Source: Felis catus
Lineage: Eukaryota
Assembly: GCF_018350175.1 (NCBI RefSeq)
Contig: NC_058368.1
Span: forward strand, 188,606,001-188,670,000
DNA length: 64,000 nucleotides
Direction: 5' to 3'
Part shown: positions 1-12,679 of the stretch, piece by piece
How the letters are laid out: each line of letters starts with the position of its first letter
Position numbering within the stretch: position 1 is the stretch's first letter
Translations under genes and position numbers: made by a program
The notes under the pieces: model-generated
The model's database searches: none
Seen by the model: only the letters and a program-made list of their open reading frames with translations
What the model was told of the DNA's origin: nothing

Positions 1-9
1 AGAGAGGGG

Positions 10-43
<34 letters not shown>

Positions 44-149
44 CTGCACGTCAGCACGGAGCTCAACATGGGGCTCAAACCCACGAACCATGAGATCATG
101 ACCTGAACCAAAGCCGGATGCTTAACTGACTGAGCCACCCAGCCACCCC
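1..149 (-). mobile_element. CanSINE, partial (cut by the window edge)
   Basis: (AG)n followed by gagatcatgacctgaa...cttaactgactgagccaccc, the reverse complement of the tRNA-derived head. Confidence 0.85.
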
Positions 150-417
150 TATGCCATGTTATTTTTAATGTTTTGCTTCATTATTCAGATACAGTCAAAT
201 AATTGGTGAAATAAGTATATCCTAATACTTTTCTATTTGCCCCAAAGGAATTCTAAGACTTAGTTTTTAAGATTTAGATTTTTTTAAAAAATGGTCTTAA
301 GTCATCAGAGTCCTTTTTCTACTAAAGTATCTTTTTTGTGAGCTTATGCTAGATCTGTATTTGTTATTTTTCCACTCTTGAATTTGAATCTTAGGCCCCC
401 AATCTAGCACATGGGTT

Positions 418-455
418 TGTGTGTGTGTGTCTGTGTACACACACACACCCACACA

Positions 456-498
<43 letters not shown>
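418..498. repeat. Compound (GT)n/(CA)n microsatellite
   Basis: Read directly from the sequence. Confidence 0.95.
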
Positions 499-500
<2 letters not shown>

Positions 501-589
501 TCTTCATTCCCTCGTACATAAAGGCAAGACTGAAACTCTGTCCTTCAGGAAAGTACTTATAAGCAGATCAAAGGGTTTTTTGGTATTTT

Positions 590-1037
590 TATTTAATTTG
601 GTTTTTTAATTTACATCCAAGTTAGCATATAGTACAACAATGATTTCAGGAGTAGATTCCTTAATGCCCCTTACTCATTTAGCCTATCCCACCTCCCGCA
701 ACCCCTCCAGCAACCCTCTGTTTGTTCTCTATATTTGAGTCTCTTGTGTTTTGTCCCCCTCCCTGTTTTTATGTTATTTTTGCTTCCCTTTCCTTATGTC
801 CATCTGTTTTGTAGCTTAAAGTCCTCATATGAAGTCAGATGATATTTGTCTTTCTCTGACTTAATTCACCTAGCATAATACCCTGTAGTTCCATCCACGT
901 AGTTGGAAATGGCAAGATTTCATTCTTTTTGATTGCTGAGTAATACTCTGTTGTATATATATACCACATCTTCTTTATCCATTCGTCCATTGGTGGACAT
1001 TTGGTCTCTTTCCATACTTTGGCTCTTGTTGATAGTG
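590..1037 (-). mobile_element. 5'-truncated carnivore L1 (end of ORF2 plus 3'UTR)
   Basis: ORF 835..1044 resembles the L1 ORF2 C-terminus (KCP..DEWIKKMWYIYT.EYYSAIKKNE). Its 3'UTR closely matches those of the L1s at ~20.9 kb and ~40.2 kb. Confidence 0.9.
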
Positions 1038-1234
1038 TAAGCAAATAAAAATTTTAAATTTTTCATTAATAGAGCCATTGTTTCTCGGCCAACCAAATGA
1101 TGGAGCACTGTGCACTAAGTGGTGTAGGGAAAATGTTACACAGAATTAAATATCAATAAAAATGTCATAGGACATACCTATTTTAGTAAATAAGTAGAAT
1201 AAATTTATTGGCACTGAGTCTGATTTTGTACTTT

Positions 1235-1436
1235 AATTAATTATTTATTTATTTTTAAATGTTTATTTTTGAGAGAGAGAGCATGAGGAAGGGAGGGGCA
1301 GAGAAAGAGAGGGAGACACAGAATCCGAAGCAGGCTCCAGTCTCTGGAGCCCCATGTAGGTCTCGAACCCACAAACTGGGAGATCATGACCTGAGCCGAA
1401 GTCAGACGCTTAACCAACTGAGCCACCCAGGTGCCC
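1235..1436 (-). mobile_element. CanSINE with TSD ctgattttgtacttt
   Basis: TSD at 1220-1234 and 1437-1451; SINE head on the minus strand. Confidence 0.9.
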
Positions 1437-1733
1437 CTGATTTTGTACTTTCTGAAAATAACAGCTTTAATTGATAATTAGCTTCTATAAACATGCAATA
1501 AATTGATACCAAATACATTTTGATAGCCAACTCATTATTAATGAAGTTTCACTGCTATTGGTATTTATGTAATTACTATGGAAGTTTTATGCAGAATTTT
1601 AAGATGATCCAAAAAGTAATTCAATTTAAGGAGAAAAGAAATAGAATTCTGTGGTTAGGATAATAACCTAAGCATGGGACTGGGATTGGTTGTGTTTTAA
1701 ACCGGATTATTATCCATTAGAAAGCACAATTGC

Positions 1734-1967
1734 GGGGCGCCTGGGTGGCGCAGTCGGTTAAGCGTCCGACTTCAGCCAGGTCACGATCTCGCGGTCCGTG
1801 AGTTCGAGCCCCGCGTCGGGCTCTGGGCTGATGGCTCGGAGCCTGGAGCCTGTTTCCGATTCTGTGTCTCCCTCTCTCTCTGCCCCTTGCCCGTTCATGC
1901 TCTGTCTCTCTCTGTCCCAAAAATAAATAAACGTTGGAAAAAAAAAAATTAAAAAAAAAAAAAAAAA
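1734..1967 (+). mobile_element. Young SINEC_Fc-type CanSINE, TSD agaaagcacaat
   Basis: ggggcgcctgggtggcgcagtcggttaagcgtccgac...; CpGs intact, (CT)n, long A tail; TSD at 1719-1730 and 1968-1979. Confidence 0.95.
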
Positions 1968-2074
1968 AGAAAGCACAATCAAATGAAGTGTAGCATGGTG
2001 TAATAGGCTTAATAAATCAATAAGCTATGAATGAATTTGGACTTATTTAAAAAGTAAGAAAGTAATAGAGATTT

Positions 2075-2298
2075 TATTTTTTATTTTTTTATTAAAAAAT
2101 TTTTGTAATGTTGATTTCTGTTAGAGAGAGAGAGACAGAGCACAAGTGGGGGAGGGGTAGAAAGACGAGACAGAATCTGAAGCAGGCTTCAGGCTCTGAG
2201 CTGTCAGCATAGAGCCCAGTGTGGGGCTTGAACCCATGAACTCCGAGATCATGACCTGAGCTGAAGTTGAACACATAACTGAGCTACCCAGGAGCCCC
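2075..2298 (-). mobile_element. CanSINE
   Basis: T tail, (AG)n, head ending ...ccaggagcccc; degenerate TSD taata(ct)gagatttt. Confidence 0.9.
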
Positions 2299-2708
2299 TA
2301 ATACTGAGATTTTAGATGACGTTTAGGTGTCTTGCCCAAGTAATTTTTCTATTCCTTTTTTATACATACATACATACATAATTGTATGTTTCTTAAGGTT
2401 TGAACAAAATTTTAAGCTCTTACTGCATTTGAAAGAGATGATAGATAAATAAAAATAGACTTGTTTCAGATATGGTTCTATATACTGAATATTTGCCAAA
2501 GAGATTTTTAAAAAGTGTAGGTTAGGATAATAATAAGAATGGATTTAAATTATTAGTGGAGTGGTCAGGTGATTTTACCTTAAATTTTGTTTGGGTGTTT
2601 TAATTGATAAGGATCAGAACAAGCTTGGTGGTTATTTGAAGGCTTAAGATGGTTTTATTTCCAGGGGAAAACATTTATCTATCAATACCCCCACCCGCTC
2701 TTTTCTAG

Positions 2709-2849
2709 TATTGCTGAATGCTGCAGCACTCCTTACTCACTTCTGGGCTTGGTCTTCACGGTTTCTTTTGTTGCCTTGGGTGTTCTGACACTCTGCAAGT
2801 TTTACTTGCAAGGTTATCGAGCTTTCATGAATGATCCTGCCATGAATAG
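2709..2849 (+). CDS. RNF145: RNF145 internal coding exon (transmembrane region), 141 nt, phase 2/2; not in the ORF track
   Basis: ttttctag|T ATT GCT GAA TGC...ATG AAT AG|gtaagt. Translates (S)IAECCSTPYSLLGLVFTVSFVALGVLTLCKFYLQGYRAFMNDPAMN(R), which I recognise as RNF145. Joins in frame to the next exon (AG|G = Arg). Confidence 0.93.
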
Positions 2850-3089
2850 GTAAGTTCTTGACTATGAATATCTCTAGAAATTTAAATATTATATATAACT
2901 TGAAGAAGTAATGATGAATTTCAGAGGAAATGGTATTTTGAAGGTTTTTTTTTTTTTTGAATGGTTGAAACTATTTGGATTAAAAATACTATGAAAAATA
3001 TAACTGAATTTCCATATGTAAAAGATGGATTTTTATTGTTTGTACTTATCAGTATATACTGGACACTTTCCTAGAGTTAAGAGATTAAA

Positions 3090-3302
3090 AACAATTTTTT
3101 TTAATGTTTATTTATTTTTGAAAGAGAGAGCATGCACGAGCAGGGGAGGGACAAGAGAGAAAGGGAGACACAGAATCCGAAGCAGGTTCCAGGCTTTGAG
3201 CTGTCAGCACAGAGCCCGACATGGGGCTCAAACTCACGAACTTTGAGATCATGACCTGAGCCGAAGTCAGATGCTTAACTGACTGAGCCACCCAGGAGCC
3301 CC
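3090..3302 (-). mobile_element. CanSINE
   Basis: Canonical body; TSD agagtt(t)aagagatt. Confidence 0.9.
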
Positions 3303-3989
3303 AGAGTTTAAGAGATTTTTAATAGCTTGTTTTTTTCCATTTGAAGTTAAGTGTAGCCATGTTAAAATCAAATTTCTGTATTTGATACTTGCTTAATTTT
3401 TTATGGTTGGACATAAATTTGATACTGATTGAAGTTTCAAAGGATGCATTAATGATAATCCAAGAATAGTTAATCTAGTTGTTATTAAATCACTAAGATC
3501 AGATATTGGGAAACCCTGTTTTTGGAACTTGTCATAATTTCTGTTATCTTAATGTAAGAATTTTTAATGGTTTCATTTATATAAATTTAAAGAATCTTAA
3601 AGTCTTTAAATCTTTATGGAATATTTCAGAATTAGTAGATGGTGAGTACCTTGTAAATGGAAGAAATAAATTTTTTTTCTTGGTGTACATTTTAGTTTTT
3701 TTATGAGAAAAGAGAAAAACTTCTACCTTATAACCTTCCTGCCAGTCCCAGCTAACACTTTTGTAATGGAAAAAAGAAGGGGGGGGGAGGGCAAGAAAGA
3801 AAAATAATTCATGTATAAGCTCACCAAATTAATACCATTCAGAAAATACCAAACGGGAAGTGACAACTCTTCCTTCCCCTGCTTGTCATTTCCTTTCCCC
3901 AAAGGTAACAGCTCTAGATCATTATTTTAAATTTTCTTATGGGGAAAAATGCATATATATATTTTGTTGTTCATTTCCACATACTGTAA

Positions 3990-5170
3990 ACAGTTCTGCA
4001 CCTTATTTTTTCTTTTAAATAGTTTTTAGATAATTTGTTTATGTCAACAGAGACATCCTCATTTTTTTGATTAAAGCATAGTATTCTAAAATATAAATGT
4101 ATTTTTTTTTTGCTATTAAAAATTGTGCTATGAGTGTCTTTGTATATGTCTCTTTTTTTTTTTTAACTCTTAATTAGGAAAATTTCAAATTAACAAAGTT
4201 GAGAGAATAGTAAAATGAACCTCCATATACTTGTCACCCATCTCCAATAATATGGCCTATCTTCTATCATGCATGCCCTTATCAACTTCACTTACTCTGT
4301 CCCCTCCATAACTCCTGGCTGCATTTGTTTGGCACAAATCTCAGATATGATACCATTTTACCCACAAGTATTTCAGTCTCATATGAAAAAACATAACAAC
4401 AATAAAATATTCATTCCCAGTAAGAGAAGAATTCCTTGACCTCAAATTCCCAGTTGGTGTTCATATTTTCCTGATCTTTTTTTTAAAACATTTTATTTGC
4501 TCAGCTTCAGATCCAAATAAGGCCCATATTGCAGTTGGTTAATATCTTTTAAGTCTCTTTTAATGTTTAGGTCCTTGCTGTCTCTCTGTATTTTTTCCCC
4601 CTCTCATTTTATTTGTTGAAGACACTAGATTGTTCTACTTAATTTTTCAGAATCTGGATTTTGCCAGTTATATTCCCATGATGTCACATAACATGTTTTA
4701 TTATTCACTGTGTTTTCTCTTACATATAAATTTTTTGTAGTACATCCATAGGGTAAATTATTACCAGCAAGATTATTGAGTTAAATTGTGTATATATTTT
4801 AAATTTATTAGCAAATTTTTCTCCAGAAAAGTTTTACATGTTTTATGTCAACATTCGTGTTCCCATTTTTTCTCAGATTCCTTGTCAGTGCTTGGGTCAT
4901 CAGACTTCAAAATATTTGCTAATTTGTGGTTTTGAAAATTGGACTTAATCCTTTGTTCATTTATTTGTAAGAGTTATTTATAAATCAAGTCAATAGGATA
5001 AAAAAAGATCTATCTCTAAGGATTTTTGTGTATATTTTCCATATGGCAATTGAATTTCAAAAAAGTTTGTATTTATGTCTTCTGGTTCTTATGGTCTGCT
5101 TAAAGAGACCTTTCCTACTTCAAGATTATGAAGACATTCACCTATGATTTTATCTTTTATAGTCAGGAAA
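3990..5170 (-). mobile_element. Old, fragmented L1 (L1M-class) relics
   Basis: Diverged L1 3'-end-like motifs. Subfamily and boundaries uncertain. Confidence 0.4.
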
Positions 5171-5493
5171 AAGCTCATGATATAAATATGTGTAATTCAG
5201 TGGATATCTCAGAATGGTAGAGTGTCTGGCTCATTAGCAAAACCTTTTATTTATCTTAGAAGCTGCTTTTATTCTCATTGTATGCTAAAATAATAGTAAT
5301 TATGTTTTACACATATAGTGAAATATTATGACTGTTACATAGTCATTATATTGTTATTACATGTCAGTGTTATATATTATATGAGTTATATCAATGTTAT
5401 ATGTGTTAACATTCTGATCAGGATTATTTGCTCATGGAATGAAATGAGATTCTGATTATTGTTTGTTTTTCTAAAAATGTGTGTTTTTTTTAG

Positions 5494-5676
5494 GGGCATG
5501 ACAGAAGGAGTTACGCTGTTAATCTTGGCAGTACAGACTGGTCTCATAGAACTACAGGTTGTTCATCGGGCATTCCTGCTCAGTATTATCCTCTTCATTG
5601 TTGTAGCTTCTATCCTACAGTCAATGTTAGAGATTGCAGATCCAATTGTTTTGGCGCTGGGAGCATCTAGAGACAA
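5494..5676 (+). CDS. RNF145: RNF145 internal coding exon, 183 nt, phase 2/2
   Basis: tttttag|G GGC ATG ACA...AGA GAC AA|gtaaga. Encodes GMTEGVTLLILAVQTGLIELQVVHRAFLLSIILFIVVASILQSMLEIADPIVLALGASRD(K) (ORF 5459..5680). Confidence 0.95.
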
Positions 5677-6169
5677 GTAAGAAACTTCCTAAAAATTTTT
5701 TGTAATATTCTTTATATATGTAGATTTTTTTTGAAGATTTTTTTGAAGATAATGTTTAGAGACAGAACATGGATGAATAATTGGTATTAGCTTAAGGTGA
5801 TGAGTTTACATTTTTAAATTTTTTTCTATATGTTTAACATTTCTGGTTTTTTTCCTCTCAAGATGCCTATAGTTAGAAATCACATCAAAGACCATGTAAT
5901 TAATTACAAGTCAGTGTTTTTCTTCTTCAGAGATATTTAATACTTTTTAGATTTGTCCAATTTTAAAATGGAGAGCAGAAAATTCAGTCCAAGAAATATA
6001 CCAAATAATTTTATTTTGTGTAATGCTAAAGCAGAGAAAGCATTGAGAGAAAGGAGAAAATCATTGGAAAGAGAGAAATAAAGGCTCTCAGGCAGTCGTA
6101 AAGATAGCTATTAATGGAATAACTACCTCATCTGATGGCATTTTAGAACCATTGCAACTTATTGAGGTT

Positions 6170-6386
6170 TTATTTTTTTTAATGTTTATTACTTTTGAGA
6201 GAAAGAGATAGAGGCAGGCATGAACAAGGGAGGGGCAGAGAGAGGGAGACACAGAATCTGAAGCACGCTTCAGGCTCTGAGCTCTCAGCACAGAGCCTGA
6301 CTCCGGGCTCGAACTCACAGACCACGATGCGAGATCATGAAGAGCTGAATTTGGACGCTTAACCAACTGAGCCACTCAGGCGCCCC
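6170..6386 (-). mobile_element. CanSINE
   Basis: Canonical body ending ...caggcgcccc. Confidence 0.9.
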
Positions 6387-6840
6387 CAACTTAGGTTTTA
6401 ATGGGACTTTTTGACACCTTCTGGGACCAAGTGAAATTAATAGCTGCATTCATGTTCATGCCATACTATATAGAGGTTTTCTTAAGGAATAAAAGTCAAA
6501 TTATCATTTAGCTCTTTAAGATACAATTTTAGCTTATTATAGTTTATACAAGGGCATTCTATAAGAACGCTTAAAATTCAGTGTCACTGTTTTTTTCCAG
6601 CATCCATTCACACTCTCTTGATTTTTGAAATATCTGAATTTATTGCCGCTTTGGTAGTGTTTTATGAGTAAGGGAACAGGTGATCTTTTGGGAGATCGAA
6701 ATTTGATAGCAGATTTTTAAAACATTCCAAATTAACATTTTGTAGTTCATCAGATTTATCTTTCTATTCCCATATCCCACATTGCTGAACATTCTGAAAT
6801 TTTTTCTCAAATGGTAGAATAGCTGACAGAATCCATTTTA

Positions 6841-7070
6841 ATTCATTTATTTATTTATTTTATTTATTTATTTTTTTTCAACGTTTATTTATTTTTGGGA
6901 CAGAGAGAGACAGAGCATGAACGGGGGAGGGGCAGAGAGAGAGGGAGACACAGAATCGGAAACAGGCTCCAGGCTCTGAGCCATCAGCCCAGAGCCCGAC
7001 GCAGGGCTCGAACTCACGGACCACCTGGCTGACATCGGATGCTTAACCGACTGCGCCACCCAGGCGCCCC
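6841..7070 (-). mobile_element. SINEC_Fc-type CanSINE with an ~11-nt internal deletion; TSD agaatccatttta
   Basis: Lacks gcgagatcgtg relative to the copy at 7670-7907; TSD at 6828-6840 and 7072-7084. Confidence 0.9.
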
Positions 7071-7669
7071 AAGAATCCATTTTAATTTAAATAAACTTTG
7101 ATTTGTTTCAGATAACCTTAATTGTTACAGTTCATTATAGTTATTTGAGATTTGGTTTTGAAGGTTGAAGTATCTCAATAGAAGCATTTAAGATGTTGAA
7201 CTTGGTGCTGAACTCCCTTAAATAGCCACTTAAGTGATTGGGTTGTTTTTTTATCTAAGTACAACACTATTTTGTCCTTTCTGGGAGTATCATTTAGTAA
7301 TATTAATTATACTAATTACTTTGGCATATATTAGTAAGACTAATATAATACTATAGAAAGTTTGGGAAAGAGAAAAAACAATCTGTAATTCCACTGCCAT
7401 AAGAACCATTAAATCCAGTTCTTGTTTCCTCCAGGATGTTGCACTAGCTTTATTTATTACTGATTTCTTCCTCCAAGGTCTCATGCAGAGGAAATTTAGA
7501 GGGAAAGGAGCAAAACTGAGAAGTATGAGAAAAATGTAACTTACTAGAACTGACTCAAGAAGAATTTAAAAACCTGGATAGTTCTGTAGCTGTTAAAGAA
7601 ATGAAGGCAAATGGTAAACAGATGGCAGTACAGGCAAGTTCCAAACTTTGAAGGAACAGATTATCCCTA

Positions 7670-7907
7670 TTTTATTTTATTCTATTTTTTAATTTTTTTT
7701 TTTCCAACGTTTATTTATTTTTGGGACAGAGAGAGACAGAGCATGAACGGGGGAGGGGCAGAGAGAGAGGGAGACACAGAATCGGAAACAGGCTCCAGGC
7801 TCCGAGCCATCAGCCCAGAGCCTGACGCGGGGCTCGAACTCCCGGACCGCGAGATCGTGACCTGGCTGAAGTCGGACGCTTAACCGACTGCGCCACCCAG
7901 GCGCCCC
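7670..7907 (-). mobile_element. Young SINEC_Fc-type CanSINE, TSD cagattatccctatttt
   Basis: Near reverse complement of the copy at 1734-1967; CpGs intact. Confidence 0.95.
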
Positions 7908-7944
7908 AGATTATCCCTATTTTAAACATGCACTTCCAGACAAT

Positions 7945-9450
7945 AGAAAGAATACTACACAACTCATTCTGTGTGGCTAGTATAATCCTTGTATTGAAAT
8001 CAAACAGACAACTTGAGGAAGATAAAGTTTTATTTCACTCATAGTAGGAGGTACTGTGAAGCTTTTGTAATACTGGCTCAAGTAGAAACAACTTGAGCAT
8101 TTGAACAGGGAGCCCCCAAACAGATCTGTGTATGTGGAACTTTGGTATGTGACAGAGGTGGCATATCAGATGAGCGGGGACAGGTGGTAGTCTTCCGTAA
8201 TTCTGCTGGAAGAAAATGGTTTCTGTTTAGAAAAGGATGGAATGGGTTCCTATCTCACACCATAAACAAAGGATCAACTCTGGAATTTTAAGACACCTGA
8301 AATGTCAAAACAAAAAATTAAAACTCTACATAGGCTAGCATATTTTGGACCTTCAAGTGGAAAACAATCTCTTAAACTGACAGAACTGCTGGGAAAGGGA
8401 GACTAGGAGTTGAGAATGTGAAAGCAGAGTGATAAATCTAACTATTAAAATTAACTTTTTAAACCTAAAGTTAACTTTACAAACTACGAGAAGATACTCG
8501 AAGTATTTATACTCATCCTAGAATTGATATCAGTACACAAACAGCTCAGATGAAGAAGAGAAATAGAAGATGAAATACATCTTTATCTTTAGGCTTTTAG
8601 TGAAAGAAGAAACACAGGACTATGAAGAGAGGTTCAACCTCTTTACTAATGGGGGAAATGTAAATCAAGACCACATTGAGGTGCTATTTTCAACCTCTGG
8701 GATTGGCAAGGAATAAATAGATAAGGAAGGAAGAAGAGAGAGAGAAAAAAAATCAGCTGATACCTAGGGTGGAGGAAGGTCTAGATCATAGGGTATCTCT
8801 GGTTTCTGGTGGGAGTGTAAAGTGTAATGACTTTGGAAACAGTTTGGTCATTATCTCCTCCTACATGTATACTCAGGACATTCTTGCACATGCTCAGTAA
8901 GGACATGTAGAAGAATGTTCATAGCACAATGCATAGTAGCAGACATCTGGAAACAACCCAAATGACATGTTTGGGAACAGGAAAGTGGGTGAGTAAATGT
9001 GATAATTGTCACCATGGAATATTAGAAATCTCGTGACACATAAAACAGTAGGAGTGATTCATAACATTATAAAGTTAAAAAGTAAGTCCAAAAAGATGAC
9101 AGTATAGAATGTTATTTTTATGTTAAAAATTCTAAATCTCCTCTTTAGGAATACATACAGATTAAAACTCTAAAAAGGGAAGCAAGCAAGAGAGTAAAGA
9201 ACACTTTCATTGTATGGAGTGAGGCAGGATATGGAAAAGGCAGGCCTTCCATATGGTTAAATGGGGGTTATTGTCCAGGCCCTCACTTTTGTATGGGGAG
9301 ATGGGTTCTTGAAGGCTTGCTACAATATGTAAGAGAGCTAATTAGGTTACTAACTCAGTAAAGAGAGGGACACCCACAGACCAATGGCAATAGTGCATTC
9401 TGAATCAGGGATTATGATTAATTCAGGGTACTGGGTTAAGATTAAAAAAG
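7945..9450 (+). mobile_element. Old diverged L1 (L1MC/ME-class) ORF2 and 3' relic
   Basis: Degenerate L1 motifs: aactcattctgtgtggctagtataatcc, cctatctcacaccataaac, agaatgttcatagc, ggaaacaacccaaatg. Confidence 0.55.
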
Positions 9451-9755
9451 GAAATGAAACGTGTCTTAATTCTCAAATTAGAGAAACAAGAGATAATATT
9501 GATAATTCATGAAACATTGCTTCTCTCTGCCATTAAAGAAAATAATTATTAGGGGAAGAATCCTCACATGTCTTTGGAGTTGCTTAGACTAGAGGTAATT
9601 TTCAGTGTTTAACTTAAAAAGGTGTCTCAATTTTAGCTATAGAGATATTTGTTAACCTTTATCTATAAGTTTTACTCCAGGTCTTAGCAAGGAATTTTAG
9701 GATGATGGTCTACTTATTCTAATTACGTAGTAGATATTCAAATGACAAACTTTTT

Positions 9756-10831
9756 CTTTTTTTTTTTTTTAATATGAAATTTATTGACAAATTGGTTTCC
9801 ATACAACACCCAGTGCTCATCCCAAAAGGTGCCCTCCTCAATACCCATCACCCACCCTCCCCTCCCTCCCACCCCCCATCAACCCTCAGTTTGTTCTCAG
9901 TTTTTAAGAGTCTCTAATGCTTTGGCTCTCTCCCACTCTAACCTGTTTTTTTTTTTTCCTTCCCCTCCCCCATGGGTTCCTGTTATTTTCTCAGGGTCCA
10001 CATAAGAGTGAAACCATATGGTATCTGTCTTTCTCTGTATGGCTTATTTCACTTAGCATCACACTCTCCAGTTCCATCCACGTTGCTACAAAAGGCCCTA
10101 TTTCATTTTTTCTCATTGCCACGTAGTACTCCATTGTGTATATAAACCACAATTTCTTTATCCATTCATCAGTTGATGGACATTTAGGCTCTTTCCATAA
10201 TTTGGCTATTGTTGAGAGTGCTGCTATGAACATTGGGGTACAAGTGGCCCTATGCATCAGTACTCCTGTATCCCTTGGATAAATTCCTAGCAGTGCTATT
10301 GCTGGGTCATAGGGTAGGTCTATTTTTAATTTTCTGAGGAACCTCCACACTGCTTTCCAGAGCGGCTGCACCAATTTGCATTCCCACCAACAGTGCAAGA
10401 GGGTTCCCGTTTCTCCACATCCTCTCCAGCATCTATAGTCTCCTGATTTGTTCATTTTGGCCACTCTGACTGGCGTGAAGTGATACCTGAGTGTGGTTTT
10501 GATTTGTATTTCCCTGATAAGGAGCGACGCTGAACATCTTTTCATGTGCCTGTTGGCCATCCGGATGTCTTCTTTAGAGAAGTGTCTATTCATGTTTTCT
10601 GCCCATTTCTTCACTGGGTTATTTGTTTTTCGGGTGTGGAGTTTGGTGAGCTCTTTATAGATTTTGGATACTAGCCCTTTGTCCGATATGTCATTTGCGA
10701 ATATCTTTTCCCATTCCGTTGGTTGCCTTTTAGTTTTGTTGGTTGGTTCCTTTGCTGTGCAGAAGCTTTTTATCTTCATAAGGTCCCAGTAATTCACTTT
10801 TGCTTTTAATTCCCTTGCCTTTGGGGATGTG
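9756..10831 (-). mobile_element. Young 5'-truncated felid L1 (~1.1 kb) with uninterrupted ORF2 C-terminus and 18-bp TSD
   Basis: ORF 9991..10842 (283 aa) includes the CWRGC..H..C zinc knuckle. TSD tcaaatgacaaacttttt at 9738-9755 and 10832-10849; endonuclease-type TTTT/AA site. Confidence 0.95.
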
Positions 10832-10904
10832 TCAAATGACAAACTTTTTAAAAAAATGGATTGGGGTGTTTATAAGGTATATTTTATTGTATAGTGCTTA
10901 ACCT

Positions 10905-11134
10905 GGGTTTTTTTTTTTTTTTAATTTTTTAAAATGTTTTTAAGCTTTATTTTTGAGAGAGAGAGAGTGGGCATGAGTGGGGGAAGAGCAAAGGGAGGAA
11001 GATACAGAATCCGAATCAGGCTCCAGGCTCTGAGCTGTCAGCACAGAGCCTGACGTGGGGCTTGAACTCATGAACTGTGAGATCATGATCTGAGGTGAAG
11101 TCTGACACTCAACCGACTGAGCCTCCCAGGCACC
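10905..11134 (-). mobile_element. CanSINE
   Basis: T tail, (AG)n, canonical body. Confidence 0.9.
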
Positions 11135-11204
11135 TGTTACTGGGATGAGGTTTCAGTGTCATTTTCTGCTATTCTTTTTATATTTTATCTTAAATTAGAT
11201 TAAA

Positions 11205-11398
11205 AAAAATTTTTTTTAAGTTTATTTATATATTTGAGAGAGCATGAGTGGGGGAGGGGCAGAGAGAGAATCCCAAGCAGGCTCCACACTGCCAGCACAG
11301 AGCCCGTCATGGGGCTCAAACTCAAGAAACCGTGAGATCATGACCTGAGCCAAAACCAAGAGTCAGACACTTAACCAATTGAGACACTCAGGCGCCCT
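11205..11398 (-). mobile_element. CanSINE (older type), TSD ttaaattagatt
   Basis: Canonical body with the aaaaccaagagtcagacact variant. Confidence 0.9.
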
Positions 11399-11699
11399 TT
11401 AAATTAGATTTTTACTGAATTTTTACTGCTTAAATAGATGTGTATATTTGTTTCTGTCTATAATATACACACCTGTATTTGTGTTTATGTATATATATTT
11501 TTGTGTTTGTGTGTATACACACTTATGCCAAAATTCGACATAAATTGTAACTCTTGGCATAATGTTGTATATACTTCTCAGTGTATGTGTATAAATATAT
11601 GGTTGTGTATATGTAAATATATACCAATTTTATATAAATGTATTACAGCTTGATTTTGAAAAATATATTTAAAGTTTTAAGGTAAATTACCCTATTTAT

Positions 11700-11925
11700 T
11701 TTTAAAAAAAATTTTTTTTTCAACGTTTATTTTTATTTTTGGGACAGAGAGAGACAGAGCATAAACGGGGGAGGGGCAGAGAGAGAGGGAGACACAGAAT
11801 CGGAAGCAGTCTCCAGGTTCTGAGCCATCAGCCCAGAGCCTGTCGCGGGGCTTGAACTCACGGACCGCGAGATCGAGACCTGGCTGAAGTCGGACGCTTA
11901 ACCGACTACGCCACCCAGGCGCCCC
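11700..11925 (-). mobile_element. SINEC_Fc-type CanSINE, TSD taaattaccctattta
   Basis: Canonical young body with flanking direct repeat. Confidence 0.93.
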
Positions 11926-12628
11926 TAAATTACCCTATTTAAAGAAAATTTATAATTTATCATCTAATATAGTATAACTACTGTTACACTAATCCCTTCC
12001 TGCCTGCCTTTCTTTAAAAAAACTAAAATTGTGCATCTCAAAGCAGAACTACTGACAAGTTTGTCTCTTAACTTCAGAAAGTAGAAATGCTTGCAAGAAA
12101 AGGTGTAAAACAGTTCCAAAGTGCCTGTCTTTAATTTTTATCATAATAATTCACTTTCTTCTCTGAATTACTAATTACAAGTAGTCCCACACAGTTTAGC
12201 ATTTAACTTTGTGTGTGGTTATTTTTCCTTCCCACCTATATTATAGTTAAAGGTAGAATGGGTGATTTATGGTACTTTTTTTTTTTGTCTCCTTGAGACT
12301 CTACATTGATTTTAGATCACAGATGCTGATTTTTAATTAAAACAGTTTAATTTTTTTGTAGCCATGAGCTTTAAGCCGTGAGCATTAAACTATTTTGGTT
12401 GAAATCTACATTTCCTCATAATGAACTTAAATAAGTGTTCATGTTTTATAGGAAATCATTAACAATTGTTAAGTCTTGATATTCACTTTACATAGATTGT
12501 AATGGAGTTTTGTGTTTAAGAGAGAGGAAAAGACAGAGGGTTTACACTGTCTTTCTAGATTTGTAATTACTATGTTAAAAAATGAACTTTGGCCTTTATT
12601 TACCCAGGAAATGGAAACAGCTGATAAG

Positions 12629-12630
<2 letters not shown>

Positions 12631-12675
<45 letters not shown>
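12631..12675. repeat. (TA)n microsatellite
   Basis: Read directly from the sequence. Confidence 0.95.
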
Positions 12676-12679
<4 letters not shown>

